Notes: generated by a model from the letters alone, not told the origin. A DNA stretch of 64,000 nt from Eledone cirrhosa (GCA_964016885.1 OZ024745.1:81034001-81098000), one strand, 5' to 3'. Positions 40,711 to 56,087 are shown, numbered from the stretch's first letter. Translations and numbers: made by a program.

Positions 40711-41410
40711 ATATATATATAGATATATATATAGATATATATATATAGATATATATATATATAGATATATATATATATAGATATATATATATATAGATAT
40801 ATATATATATAGATATATATATATATAGATATATATATATATAGATATATATATATATAGATATATATATATATAGATATATATATATATAGATATATAT
40901 ATATATATATAGATATATATATATATATATAGATATATAGATATAGATATATAGATATATATATATAGATATATATATATAGATATATATATATAGATAT
41001 ATATATATAGATATATATATATAGATATAGATATAGATATAGATATAGATATAGATATATATATAGATATATATATAGATATATATATAGATATATATAT
41101 ATAGATATATATATAGATATATATATAGATATATATATAGATATATATATAGATATATATATAGATATATAGATAGATATATATATATATATATATATAT
41201 AGATAGATATATATAGATATATATAGATATATATAGATATATATAGATATATATAGATATATATAGATATATATAGATAGATATATATAGATATATATAG
41301 ATAGATATATATAGATATATAGATATATATAGATATATATAGATATATATAGATATATATATATATATATATATATAGATAGATATATATAGATATATAT
41401 AGATATAGAT

Positions 41411-43805
41411 ATCATCATCATCACCGTTTTACGTCCGTTCTTCCACGCTAGCATGGGTTAGACGGGTTGTCCTGTTGTGGGCAGTGTCTGGTCGGCTGAC
41501 CATGCCTTGCTCATACAGGAACTGATCTGGCTTGATTTCTACAGCTGGATGCCCTTCCTAACACCAACCTCATTTACAGTGAGTGCTGGGTGCTTTTTCG
41601 TGGCGCCTACACGTCCACTTTACAGTGTGGGCTGGGTGCTTTTTTGCCGTGGCACCTCCACGACCACCTTGCGGTGATGGGGGGGGGGGGGCATATTGTT
41701 TATATGCTTCAGCATGTACCCATGGGAGGTCGGGTACCCTGTATTACTGCGTGACGCCAGAAGTCACGGTCGTGTGTCATTGACTTTGAGAGGTGTAGTT
41801 GGGTAATGTCGGCTTTTATCACCTCATCCCAAGTCATCTTGGGTCTCCCCACTCCGCGGTTTCCATCAACTTCTAGTGCTCTGCACCTTTTTATGCAGCT
41901 GTCATCCTTCATACGCATCACATGTCCATACCAGCGTAACCGCCTCTCCTGCACGCAGCATTTGATTCCTCTTATGCTCAGTCTCTCTCTCAATTCCTTT
42001 ATGCTTTGTCGTTCACGTATATTACTGTTACACATCCATCGGAGCATGCAGGCTTCGTTTCTCTCTAATCTACGTAAGTCTTCCACCTTCAGCGCCCAGG
42101 TCTCACTACCATGCAACATCGCTGTTCGGATACACGCATCATACAGTCTGCCTTTCATTCTGAGGGAGAAGCCTTTTGCAGCTAGCAGTGGTAGTAGTTC
42201 CCTAAACTTCTTCCATCCCGTTCTTACCCTAGTTATTGTACTTTCTGAGCACCCACCTCCGTTGCTAATTCGGTCACCTAGGTAGCAGAAGCTGTCTACT
42301 GTTTCTACAGGGCCCTCCCAGAGATTGGTGGTACTTGTTTCCTGTGGCTGTTTGCTTGCTGTTTCAGCACAGCTGCTGCATGTGAATCCTACATTCTTAA
42401 TTAAGCTTCCTGAGATCCCGCTACATCTCTTGTGTACCCATTGTTTGCATTTGGGGCAGAGAATGGAGTTCCTACCTACACCTTTCCTACATACTGAGCA
42501 AGGCCATTTGCCTGAGGGGATCTGGGTTCTATTTTCTCATCTACTTATAAGGACCTTAGTCTTTGTCATGTTGACTTTGAGGTCCTTTCTCTCTAGTCCC
42601 TGCTTCCAGGTTTGGAATTTATTCTCTAGTTCTACCATAGATTCAGCTATGAGTGCGAGGTCATCAGCATACAGGAGTTCCCATGGGCATCCGGTCTTAA
42701 ACTCTTCCGTTATTGCCTGCAAGACTATGATGAACAGGAGAGGGCTAAGAACAGAGCCCTGGTGGACCCCAACCTGTACGCTAAATTCCTCGCTATACTC
42801 ATTGCTAATCCTAACTTTGCTGACTGCTCCCCTATACATGGCTTGTACCGCTTTCACAAGCCATTCATCTACTCCTAGTTTTCTAAGAGCCCACCAGATT
42901 ACTGCACGTGGAACTCTGTCAAAGGCTTTCTCAAGGTCGACAAATGCCAAGTAGAGTGGCTTACTTTTAGCTAGGTACTTTTCCTGTAATTGCCTCACAA
43001 GGAAGAGGGCATCAGTGGTGCCTTTCCCTGGTACAAACCCAAATTGCATCTCGTCTATATTCACCCGGTCCCTAATCAGCTGTGCTATAACTCTTTCTGT
43101 TACTTTCATGACCTGGTCCATCAACTTTATACCTCTATAGTTTCCTCTATCTAGTGCATCGCCTTTACCTTTGTAGCAGTTGACAATGATGCTACTGCAC
43201 CAATCTTTTGGTATGGCCCCCTCTAGTATTACCTGGTTAACGATACGTGTGGTTATAGTGTGACCTACAGACCCAGATGCCTTCAGCATCTCGGCAGCTA
43301 TACCCGATGGACCGGTTGCCTTCCCTATCTTCATATCTCTGATTGCCTTACTTACTACGCTGCCGCTGACTTGTACTGCTGGTCCCTCTATAGGGTCTAC
43401 GTGGGGTAGGGTCTCTTCTTCCCATGCATTCTCCTCATTTAGTAATCTATCATAATGACTCTTCCATGCATCTTTCTTCTCAGCACTTGTGAGGGCAAGC
43501 TCACCTTTATCATTCCGGATACACTTCTCTCCAATGACATCACAACTATCTCTGACAAACTGCCTCGCAATCTTGAATACCTCCTGTTTCTGGTCCTCAC
43601 GTTGTAAAACATGCTTGAATTTTCTATCCTCTGCTTCCCTCTTGGTCTCTATGTAATGTACCCTGCTCCCTCCGTTCTTCCATTCTTTCCATGCCTGTCT
43701 CTTGGCCTTGACTGCTTCATCTACCTTATTGTTCCACCACCAAGTCACTCTCCTCCTGCTTGAGGTCTTACTCCAGCCACAAACCTCATCCGTCGCCTCT
43801 AGTAA
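41411..43805 (-). mobile_element. RTE LINE copy D, 5'-truncated, inserted in (TA)n
   Basis: Near-identical to copy C. CGA>TGA stop at 42537. 33-bp in-frame deletion between GAGGGAAGC repeats relative to copy B. Confidence 0.96.
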
Positions 43806-43861
43806 TATATATAGATATATATATAGATATATATATATATAGATATATATATATATATATA

Positions 43862-44653
43862 TGAAAAGTGTAATTTTCTACACAAAACGAAGGTTATAGA
43901 GAAAATTGAGGTTGGTAATGGCACATGGAATATATAAGAGACAGAATACTTTTTTGTGAAAAAACATATAATTTTATAAGGTAAGGAAATAATAAAGGGT
44001 ATAAAAAATGACCCGTTTCGATGGGTCTGCAAAAGCCATCTTTTCAAATGTTGATTAATATTAAGAAAAATTAATAATACAAAGAGTTAAAATTTGAGAT
44101 TTGAAAATTCAAGTATAAAATTCATTGTGGGATTTCATAGTAGTCTTCATCTTGGTAGCAACATGACTGCTGTGTGCCTTTCTGGTAGTGAATGAGAAGT
44201 TATTTGGGGGTGTGGGTTATTTTATAAAGGTCAGATTGAGCAATGGCCAGCTGGCCAGCTGCTGGTCAGTGAAGGGGTGGAAGCAATATACATACATATA
44301 TCTTCCTGTGGTTGGTAGGAGAGGGGAGCGTGATAGAAAGGGATTTAGTGCACTTACACCTATATATACACACATACCCTCATCCACACATACATACATA
44401 TATATACATATACACACATACATACACACACACATACAAAGACATACACACACATATATACACATACACACACATATATATATACACACACACATATATA
44501 CATACACATACATCCAGATACACACATACATACACACACACACACACATATATATACACATACAAACACACACACACACACATATATACACATACACACA
44601 TATATATACACACACACACACACATATATATACACATACGCATACATCCAGAT

Positions 44654-44691
<38 letters not shown>

Positions 44692-45952
44692 CCACACATA
44701 CATACACACACACATATATATATACATACACACATACAAACACACACACACATATATATACACACACACACATATATATATACACATACGCATACATCCA
44801 GATACACATACATACACACACACGCACACACAATACATACATCCACATGCACACACACACACACACACATATACACATACATACACCCACACACAGAGAA
44901 ATGGCCTCCAAACATATATATATATATACATACATACACATATATTTTTGCCATAATATAAGAAGTTAGGACAGTGAATTTAAAATACAAGTCATTCTGA
45001 TCACATTGAGTTCTTCATGTAGATTGGGCCCCGCAACCGACAGTGGTGAATTCTGTGTGCGCATATATATATAGATATATGTGTGTGCACGTGCAGGGTT
45101 TAACATGGATGTGTTGGTCACACAAAGGCATGGTCTGTCAACGAATAAACCTGATTCTACAGAATTGGTGGTCTCTGGTCTTTAATAGTAGTGATAATTA
45201 TATACATGCACACATACAAACACATATATCTCTGTCACTCCGTGCGTATGTGTGTTTATATTTTATGACAATTCTATTGGGGTGATAACCCGTTTAGTTT
45301 TGGTTTAAATTTGTTAAGGAATAGATTTTCTTTGTTTATTCTTTGTTGCTGTGTGAACGAATCTGAGCACTTGTAGAAGAGGAAGATTTTAAAGTTGGGT
45401 AGTGTCATTCCTGCGCAGTTTGCAATATGGCTGCTCAAGGGGATTTTTCTTGTGTTAGCGTCCCGGATTTGTTGGCGGTGGATGGTCATTCTTTTGCGTA
45501 ATGAGGTGCCCGTTTGTCCTATGTAGTTGTGTTTGCACCCACTGCAAGTTATTGCGTAAATCAAGTTCTCCGAGTTGCAGGTGAAATTGTTTTTTACTGT
45601 AAATGTTTGGCCATCTTTGAATGTAAATGTTTGTCCTTCAGTGAGGTAGAGGCACGTTCCACAGTTTGTTCTACCACATTTGGTAACTGTAGGGTTGAGG
45701 ATTGGTTTGGGTATATTTGGTCCAGTGAGAATGCGTTTAAGTGATTTGGGTTGTCTTTTACTTTTAAGGATCTTGTGTGTTTCAAGAATAGACTTCATTT
45801 TTACATCTTTAAGTAGGATGGGGAGGTTTTTGTGTAGGTGATCAAACATTTCGGTATTTCTGGGGTTGAAAGTGGATACATATGGCAGGGTGTTGAGTGT
45901 GGTTTTCTGTTTTGGATTGTTAAGTTGATGGGGATTTAGGTGTTTTGCCCTG
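43862..45952 (-). mobile_element. PLE 3' fragment (Zn knuckle + GIY-YIG, ORF ending 45274) with low-complexity 3' region
   Basis: CGRTNCGTC...NLIYAITCSGCKHNYIGQTGTSLRKRMTIH...KFKPKLN. Degenerate hammerhead TTGAAAA-GATGG..CCATC-GAAA-CGGG-TC at ~44005-44050. Linking all parts to a single element is inferred. Confidence 0.75.
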
Positions 45953-47148
45953 TATAGATATATATATCTATATATATCTCTATATATCTATATATATATC
46001 TATATATATATCTATATATATATATAGATATCTATATATATCTATATATATATATCTATATATATATATCTATATATATATCTATATATATATATAGATA
46101 TCTATATATATCTATATATATCTATATATATATATAGATATCTATATATAGATATCTATATATAGATATATATAGATATATATAGATATATATAGATATA
46201 GATATCTATATATAGATATATATAGATATATATAGATATAGATATCTATATATAGATATAGATATCTATATATAGATATAGATATATATATATATATATA
46301 GATATCTATATATATATATATATAGATATATATATATATATATAGATATCTATATATAGATATATATCTATATATAGATATATATCTATATATATCTATA
46401 TATCTATATATCTATATATATCTATATATCTATATATCTAGATATATATATATATCTATATATATCTATATATCTAGATATATATATATATCTATATATC
46501 TAGATATCTATATATATCTATATATCTATATATATCTATATATCTATATATCTATATATATCTATATATCTATATATATCTATATATCTATATATATATA
46601 TATATCTATATATCTATATATATCTATATATCTATATATATCTATATATCTATATATCTATATATATCTATATATCTATATATATCTATATATCTATATA
46701 TATCTATATATCTATATATCTATATATATCTATATATCTATATATATCTATATATCTATATATATCTATATATCTATATATATCTATATCTATATATATC
46801 TATATATCTATATATATCTATATATCTATATATATCTATATATCTATATATATCTATATATCTATATATATCTATATATCTATATATATATATATATCTA
46901 TATAGATATATATATATATCTATATAGATATATATATATATATAGATATCTATATATCTAGATATATATATATATCTATATATATCTATATATATATCTA
47001 TATATATATCTATATATATATCTATATATATATCTATATATATATCTATATATATATCTATATATATATCTATATATATATCTATATCTATATATATATC
47101 TATATATATATATATCTATATATCTATATATATATATATATATATATA

Positions 47149-47224
<76 letters not shown>

Positions 47225-47355
47225 TATAGATATATATATAGATATATATATATATAGATATATATATAGATATATATATATATAGATATATATATAGATA
47301 TATATATAGATATATATATAGATATATATATAGATATATATATAGATATATATAT

Positions 47356-47434
<79 letters not shown>

Positions 47435-48525
47435 TATATATATAGATATATATATAGATATATATATAGATATATATATAGATATAGATATAGATATAGA
47501 TATATATATAGATATATATATAGATATATATATAGATATATATATAGATATATATCTAGATATATATCTAGATATATATCTAGATATATATATAGATATA
47601 TATATCTAGATATATATATAGATATATATATCTAGATATATATATATCTAGATATATATATATCTAGATATATATATATCTAGATATATATATATCTAGA
47701 TATATATATATCTAGATATATATATATCTAGATATATATATATCTATATATATATATCTATATATATATATCTATATATATATCTATATATATATCTATA
47801 TATATATCTATATATATATCTATATATATATATCTATATATATATCTATATATATATCTATATATATATATATCTATATATATATCTATATATATATCTA
47901 TATATATATCTATATATATATCTATGTATAGATATAGATATATATATCTATAGATATATATATCTATATATATATCTATATATAGATATATATATCTATA
48001 GATATATATATCTATAGATATATATATCTATAGATATATATATCTATAGATATATATATCTATAGATATATATATCTATAGATATCTATATCTATATATA
48101 TATATATATCTATATATATATATATCTATATATATATATATATCTATATATATATATATATCTATATATATATATATATCTATATATATATCTATATATA
48201 TATATATATCTATATATATATATATATCTATATATATATATATATCTATATATATATATATATCTATATATATATATATATCTATATATATATATATATC
48301 TATATATATATATATATATCTATATATATATATATATATATCTATATATATATATATATCTATATATATATATATATCTATATATATATATATCTATATA
48401 TATATATATATCTATATATATATATATATATATCTATATCTATATATATATATATATCTATATCTATATATATCTATAGATATATATATATCTATATATA
48501 TATATATATCTATATATATAGATCT
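45953..48525. repeat. 2.6-kb (TA)n/TATC/GATA compound microsatellite with orientation switches
   Basis: Directly visible. TATC-rich and GATA-rich blocks alternate. Confidence 0.97.
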
Positions 48526-49116
48526 ATCAGCAATATTTACCTATCTTCCGGCCTTTCTAGAGAATCGTAAAAGCACATATCGTTATATGCTTTTTCTATG
48601 AAAATTAGTAGTGGGCAGACTAATTTGCATAGAGCGTGAGTACGTACCGGTTCAACGGAGACGATAAAAACAAATAACGAAACGAAATTAAATTTTGTTT
48701 CGTTTGTAACTCACTTTTGTATGACTGACGCTTAAACAATTAAGTTAAAAATGTACATCCACATATGTATATGTGTATGTATATATATATGTGTGTGTGT
48801 ATGTATGTGTGGGTGTGTGTATATATATATATATATATATGTGTATCTGGATGTATGCGTATGTGTATATATATGTGTGTGTGTGTATATATATATGTGT
48901 GTATGTGTATATATGTGTGTGTGTGTGTGTGTGTTTGTGTGTGTGTTTGTATGCGTGTATGTGTATATATGTGTGTGTGTGTGTTTGTATGTGTATATAT
49001 ATGTGTGTGTGTGTGTGTATGTATGTGTGTATCTGGATGTATGTGTATGTATATATATATATGTGTGTGTATGTGTATATATGTGTGTGTATGTCTTTGT
49101 ATGTGTTTGTGTATGT

Positions 49117-49857
49117 ATCATCTCCACACATCTTTTCACAGCAAAATCAATGTTAATGGATGGGTACAGTGACACCACATTCATGCTGCCTATTATGCAG
49201 TTGGATAGGCTCCTGTTTTTGTTGCACTCACTGATTCTGCTGAGGAGGTCCTCTGTACTTTCACATACATCTGGGGACATCTTGATTATGGGGCGTATAA
49301 CCATTGAGAGGAAGTAGGAGATCCTGTAGTTGCTAGCTATATTAGCTCCGCATACGGGTCTTGTTGGTGGTCCTGTTGTCGGGTCGTCGACTGTCTTGTG
49401 GTCTTTGCGGAGCCCATACAAGTGTGGTATGCCATTGTTAGACGCCTGGAAGTTGTTGGCAGTGCGTCTGCTTGGCTTTAGGATGTCAGTCCACATCATC
49501 ATGTGAGCGTTGAGGATTTTTTCTCTCCCATCGTGTGTTAGTTGTGCAACTTCGCTCGTGTTGGTGATGTGGGGTTGCATTGCCTCGATGTAGTTCGGCA
49601 TGCTATCTATTGACATCCTACCAGACTTATCTGTGGGTAGACACACTACCTCACCATCCCTTGTGCGCTGCTTGAGGCTAACCAAGCCTTCTACAGGTTT
49701 TATCCCAAGTTGTTGGGCCTCTGGTCTGCTCTGTCTCATAGTGTACCTGTCTACTACTTGTCTAATCTTATTTCTAGCTATGGTGAACTGTGCCTCCGTC
49801 TCGTCATCTATTTGCTGTGGTATGCAAACTCTTTTATTAAAGGGTAACCTCGTATCT
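49117..49857 (-). mobile_element. Inverted partial copy of the 37835 PLE (same 5' junction)
   Basis: Reverse complement of 37835-38573 with a few substitutions (CAA in place of TAA). Confidence 0.95.
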
Positions 49858-50070
49858 ATATATATATATCTATATAGATATATATATATATCTATATCTA
49901 TATCTATATCTAGATATATATCTATATCTATATCTAGATATATATCTATATCTATATCTAGATATATATCTATATCTATATCTAGATATATATCTATATC
50001 TATATATAGATATATATCTATACCTATATATAGATATATATCTATATCTATATCTAGATATATATCTATA

Positions 50071-50104
<34 letters not shown>

Positions 50105-50109
50105 TATAT

Positions 50110-51334
50110 TTCTTTTATTTGCCACTAGGGCATCAAAAGTGGGACAAGTACAAAGGGGGGAGTTTACACAAAAAGGCGTCCTCAATAAGGAGAAGGCAAT
50201 AACAAAATATAAAAATAAAATAAGATATAACAAAAAATAAAATTTTTAACAAAATCCTCAATAGAGAGGAGGCGCCTTGGGGGGTCGCACACACCCCCGA
50301 AAAAAGTGTGCAACCCTTCTCCTCAGGAGCACAGAGAAGGGGTGCTCCCTTGGTCTTTCATCTTCCTCACCTATAGTCTGATGTAGAGTGAAGGCCCATT
50401 CACACGGGCCATTCTCGCCACTTTCACCCATCTTTCATAGAAACGGCTGGGGTGCAGCACCTCTCTCTCCATCCTGATCCTTCTTCCGAAATGATATCGG
50501 AAGAAACGGACCAGTTGTTGGCCAGAGAGAAAGGTGCCCGACCTCAGTCCTTTCAGACGCGTCCACCATACAACCTCTTTCGCCATGGCTATTACGCACA
50601 GAAACACCGCCTCTGCTTCATCTTTGAAGGGGGGAGGCGGCTTGATCATTACAATAGACTCGGTGGTCAACCGGATCGGTCCCACCCTTGACAGCAGTTG
50701 TTCGACATAGCCCCACAGATCGGCTACGCCCGAGCAGTGTACTAATGCGTGTGCAACGGTTTCCTCGTCGCACACGCATCTGGGACAGATCTTTTTGGCG
50801 GGGTCCCTACCCGGGCGCCCGTGTCTGTAGAGCCTTTCTCGAACGGGTAAAGCCCCTCGGTAGCACTGCCAGGCCAGGGACTTCTGGAAGTTGTCCATAG
50901 GTCCCGGGCTGAATGTCCTACCGAACAGGCTGGCCAGTTCGTCCTCCTCCATGTCTAGGGCTTCTCCGAGGGCGTCGTCGCACCTGCTGCGTACCAGCCC
51001 TCTATAGAATGTTGCGGTGGAGTCTCCACTGATAACCGGATCCGCCTGCCAGAGGGCGGTGAGCGCCTGGGCACACTCAGTGTGCCAGGCGCCCAGTTTT
51101 CTCGGTCTTTGCTTGACCCAGGATTGCAGCTCGGTGAGTGAGACGAGTCTGGGAAAGGTTCGTCTCACAAACGAGGCCCACACCGGCTGTCCGGTGAGGA
51201 ATACGTAGAGGTGTCGTAGCCTTAATGCGTGTTTACGCATCATTAGCCACGGCATCCCCAGCCCTCCTTTCGAAGGGTGTTGACAGCAGATGGATCTCCT
51301 CACCATAGGAGCCCGCCTCTTCCAAAGGAATTGG
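50110..51334 (-). mobile_element. Tx1/L1-clade LINE 3' fragment
   Basis: 311-aa ORF identical to the C-terminus of the 34404-36677 ORF, with the same 3' UTR. Confidence 0.96.
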
Positions 51335-51740
51335 ATATATATAGATATATATATAGATAGATAGATATATATATAGATATATATATAGATATATATATAG
51401 ATATATATATAGATATATATATAGATATAGATATATATATATATATAGATATATATAGATATATATATAGATATAGATATATATAGATATATATATAGAT
51501 ATAGATATATATAGATATATATATATATATATAGATAGATATATATATATATATAGATATATATATATAGATATATAGATATAGATATATATAGATATAG
51601 ATATATAGATATAGAGATATATAGATATAGATATATAGATATAGATATATAGATATAGATATAGATATATATAGATATATATAGATATATAGAGATATAT
51701 AGAGATATAGATAGATATAGATATAGATATAGATATATAT

Positions 51741-54700
51741 GTTTCTATTATTTGCCACTAGGGCATCAAAAGTGGGACAAGTACAAAGGGGGGAGTTTAC
51801 ACAAAAAGGCGTCCTCAATAAGGAGGAGGCAATAACAAAATATAAAAATAAAATAAGATATAACAAAAAATAAAATTTATAACAAAATCCTCAATAGAGA
51901 GGAGGCGCCTTGGGGGGTCGCACACACCCCGAAAAAAGTGTGCAACCCTTCCCCTCAGGAGCACAGAAGGGGTGCTCCCTTGGTCTTTCATCTTCCTCAC
52001 CTATAGTCTGATGTAGAGTGAAGGCCCATTCACACGGGCCATTCTTGCCACTTTCACCCATCTTTCATAGAAACGGCTGGGGTGCAGCACCTCTCTCTCC
52101 ATCCTGATCCTTCTTCCGAAATGATATCGGAAGAAACGGACCAGTTGTTGGCCAGAGAGAAAGGTGCCTGACCTCAGTCCTTTCAGACGCGTCCACCATA
52201 CAACCTCTTTCACCATGGCTATTACGCACAGAAACACCGCCTCTGCTTCATCTTTGAAGGGGGGAGGCGGCTTGATCATTACAATAGACTCGGTGGTCAA
52301 CCGGATCGGTCCCACCCTTGACAGCAGTTGTTCGACATAGCCCCACAGATCGGCTACGCCCGAGCAGTGTACCAATGCGTGTGCAACGGTTTCCTCGTCG
52401 CACACGCATCTGGGACAGATCTTTTTGGCGGGGTCCCTACCCGGGCGCCCGTGTCTGTAGAGCCTTTCTCGAACGGGTAAAGCCCCTCGGTAGCACTGCC
52501 AGGCCAGGGACTTCTGGAAGTTGTCCATAGGTCCCGGGCTGAATGTCCTACCGAACAGGCTGGCCAGTTCGTCCTCCTCCATGTCTAGGGCTTCTCCAAG
52601 GGCGTCGTCGCACCTGCTGCGTACCAGCCCTCTATAGAATGTTGCGGTGGAGTCTCCACTGATAACCGGATCCGCCTGCCAGAGGGCGGTGAGCGCCTGG
52701 GCACACTCAGTGTGCCAGGCGCCCAGTTTTCTCGGTCTTTGCTTGACCCAGGATTGCAGCTCGGTGAGTGAGACGAGTCTGGGAAAGGTTCGTCTCACAA
52801 ACGAGGCCCACACCGGTTGTCCGGTGAGGAATACGTAGAGGTGCCGTAGCCTTAATGCATGTTTACGCATCATTAGCCACGGCATCCCCAGCCCTCCTTT
52901 CGAAGGGTGTTGACAGCAGATGGATCTCCTCACCATAGGAGCCCGCTTCTTCCAAAGGAATTGGAAGAGCGCGCGCTCCATCTTGGTGAGGGTTTCCCTT
53001 GGGCAGGGCACTACGGTCAGGCGGTAGTAGATGACGGACGCTATGTAGGTGTTCGCCACCTCCGCCCGACCTTTCAGGGATAGTTTGCAACTGGCCCACT
53101 TCTGGGTCAGTGCAAACACCCTGTTCGTAACCTCCGCCCAGTTTTTCTCCACCTGGAGGTCCGGTCCGAACCAGACCCCGAGCAACTTCACCGGGCCCTC
53201 CGTCCAGCGTCCGACGACGCCATCGGAGGGCATCGGTCTGCCCCTCCACGTGCCGAGTTGCAAACCGATCGACTTGTCCCGGTTCAGCTTAGCCCCTGTG
53301 AACTTTTCGTACTCCTCCAGTAATGTGCCGACCGCCTCGATTTCGGAGGCCGTCGACACCATTACTGTCACGTCATCGGCGTAGGCCGACACCGCTTTCC
53401 GCAATCCCGGTTCCAAAGGGATGCCCTGCAACAACTCCAACTTCCGCAGTAGTGACTCGAGAGTCAACACATACAGAAGGGAGGAGAGAGGGCACCCTTG
53501 TCGGATGGACCGCGCGATTTTGAACGGCTCCGAGAGGTAGCCGTTCACCTTGACCCTAGAGCAGATGCGGCTGCTGTGCATAGCAGTGATCCAGCCCCTG
53601 AAAACGGGTCCGAAGCCTGCCGCCGCTAGCACCGCATCCAGGTAACCATGGTCGACCCTATCGAACGCCTTAGATTGATCCAAGTTGATCAGAGCCCCAC
53701 CAAAGCCGGGTTCGTTCCCAACCCTCTCTATGATGTATCGCATGAGGTGGAGGTTGTCATGGATGGACCTGGACGGGATAGCGCATGTCTGCGCATCTCC
53801 CACCAGGTTGCCCACGACAAGCGCCAACCTCTTTGCTAGCACCTTGGCCAAAATCTGTAACTCTGTATTTAGCAGAGTTATGGGCCTGAAGTTACTTATT
53901 TCGTCCCCCTTGTTCTCGTCCTTCCTCACTAGCGTGACTACGCCCTTGGTCACAGTACAGGGAATTCTCCCGTTCTGTTGCCAGTTGCAGTAGACCGCCT
54001 CGAGGAGATCGGGGAACAAGTCCAGCATAGCTAGATATAATTCGTAAGGAAGACCATCGAGACCCGGGGATTTTGCGTTTGCCGCATTGGCTCAGCACGT
54101 CCTCTATCTCAGCGGCCGAAATCGGCTCCTCGCAGGACTTCGCCTCCCTGTCCGAGAGGCGCGGCAGGCCGTCGAGGTATGGACCAAAGTCCACGTTCCC
54201 AACCGGCTCCCCGCCCCTCCCGAACAGTCGGGCAAAGTGCCTTTGAAAGGCCTCACACATCTGCTTAGGCTCAAGAATCGCCCGTCCATCCAGGTCTCGC
54301 ACAGACCGGATGGTGGATTTAGTTCCACTGTTGGCCTCTGTCACGCGGGCCCAGCTAACAGCTTTGGTCCCCTCGTTCCCTAGAGCACGTATTTTACTTC
54401 GGACAACGCAGCCTTCGTGCTTCGCGTCGAAAAACTGGCTCAAAGCCGTTCTCGACGCTAGCACTCTGGCCACGTCGCCGCTTCTAATTGCCTCTTCTAC
54501 TCTATCTATTAGCTCCCTTTCCTTCTTATTCCTATCCGCAGCTAGAACCTTACTAAATTCTATCGAGACTACTCTAATATCTCTCTTTAGAGATACCCAC
54601 CACCTGCTGTTGACGATCGCTCCAGTCAACCGTTCCTTAACTAACGTACTAATCCGATTCCTGTAGGCTCTACTTGCCGGCAAGGACAAGTTGAGCTTCC

Positions 54701-56087
54701 AGTAACCGGGGCCCTGTCTATGAGTTCTGTCAAGGTTGACCATGCAGGTCACTAATTTGTGGTCTGAATAGCCAACCATGCGCATTTTTGGACAACTTAA
54801 AAAGTCCTTATCCTTAATTCTAACTAAGAACCTATCTAGGTACGACCTAGATGATCCGCTACGATTTGCCCAAATCCAGGTTGGCGCAGTCGGAAAATCT
54901 AGTCGATATCTATCGGCCAGGTCAAATCGACCGATTAACCCTTTGAGGCTATTACACCCCTCTCTATCGGGGCAGGCCCCTACGTAGTCCCAGCGTGCAT
55001 CTAGGATACCATTCCAGTCCCCCACTAATAGCAAGGAGCGGGACGTCCTTAGAAAAGTCTCCAGACGATGGAAGAAGTCCGGCCGCATTGACCCGAAAGG
55101 GCCGTAGGCGGCTACCAACCTAAACGCTCCGCCTTTACTACTGCCAAGGTCCAGAACCACTAGTCGACCCTCCGGGTCCAAATGTACCATCTGTGTTGCG
55201 AGACCCAGATGTTTTTGCAGCAGAACGACAACTCCACCCCCACCTCCGGGCTGACAGAGAGATGCGTGCATCTCAAAGTCATCAAAGGTGGGGGCCAGCT
55301 GTCGCACGTTGCTGATCCGGGCCTCGCAAATAACCATCACATCTATACGTTGTGACCTGAGGTCATTTAGAAGCATTGCTTGCTTCCAAGTTGAGCCCAG
55401 GCCACGCGCATTTAAACAGCCTACTCTTAGCATAGCCATGTTGGTGGTGAAGAGAAAAGGCACTTACCTCTCTGCGTCCCGGGTATCGGGCTGCACAATT
55501 TCCATTAGGGTGGGGGATGGGTTGTTGGGTGGGGTGGTGGTTTGTGGAAGTGTGGGGGCATCAGTGTGTTGTGTGGTTGGGGAGCTTGGAGTTGTGTGGG
55601 TGTTTGGGGAGGGTGTGGGATAGTTTTTTAGGAGGACGCGGTTAATGGGCCCGACGCAGGGGGAACCCACGTCCTCTTTAAAATTGTTTTTTAAAGTTTT
55701 ATAGGTGTCCTGTGGGGCCTTAATCATTTTGAGGTGGGGGAAATCCCCTGCCTGGGTGAAGTTAGGCCCTTGTGTTTTTATTAGATTGTTGTTGTACACA
55801 ATGTTTAACAGTTTTTTGTTTCTTGTATTTATGTATGTGTATGCATGTTTTTGTTTTTGTGTGGTGTTTTTTGTTTGCTCTTGTTGTGAGCTCTTTTGTG
55901 TTGGTGTCAGTGTTATGTTTTGGGGAGGGTTTTTTTTCATTTGTGTGTCTGAGGTGTGTTTTCTTTTTTTTCTTTTGATTGTGTGGAAGTGCTCCTCCTC
56001 GTCTGACGACGAACTAGGGTCATCTTCCGCGTTGGAGGGGAGGGGTATATTTTCGGGTTGTGTTTGCGGTACGGGTGTTTTGGAAAA
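51741..56087 (-). mobile_element. Tx1/L1-clade LINE with ORF1 3' part (to 55464) and ORF2 (~55440-52001; +1 A frameshift near 54072)
   Basis: Same family as 33261-36936. Retains the 53 bp missing there and carries an extra upstream basic, Pro/Thr-rich ORF. Confidence 0.96.

Noticed and set aside
44188-44990. His/Thr- and Cys/Val-rich ORFs (also 48745-49172, 60617-60947)
   Set aside because: They come from CA/TA low-complexity sequence that is open in most frames.
54131-54188. 53-bp Tx1 deletion as a spliced GT-AG intron
   Set aside because: Removing GT...AG would delete 55 nt. The observed junction retains two extra bases and fits a plain deletion.
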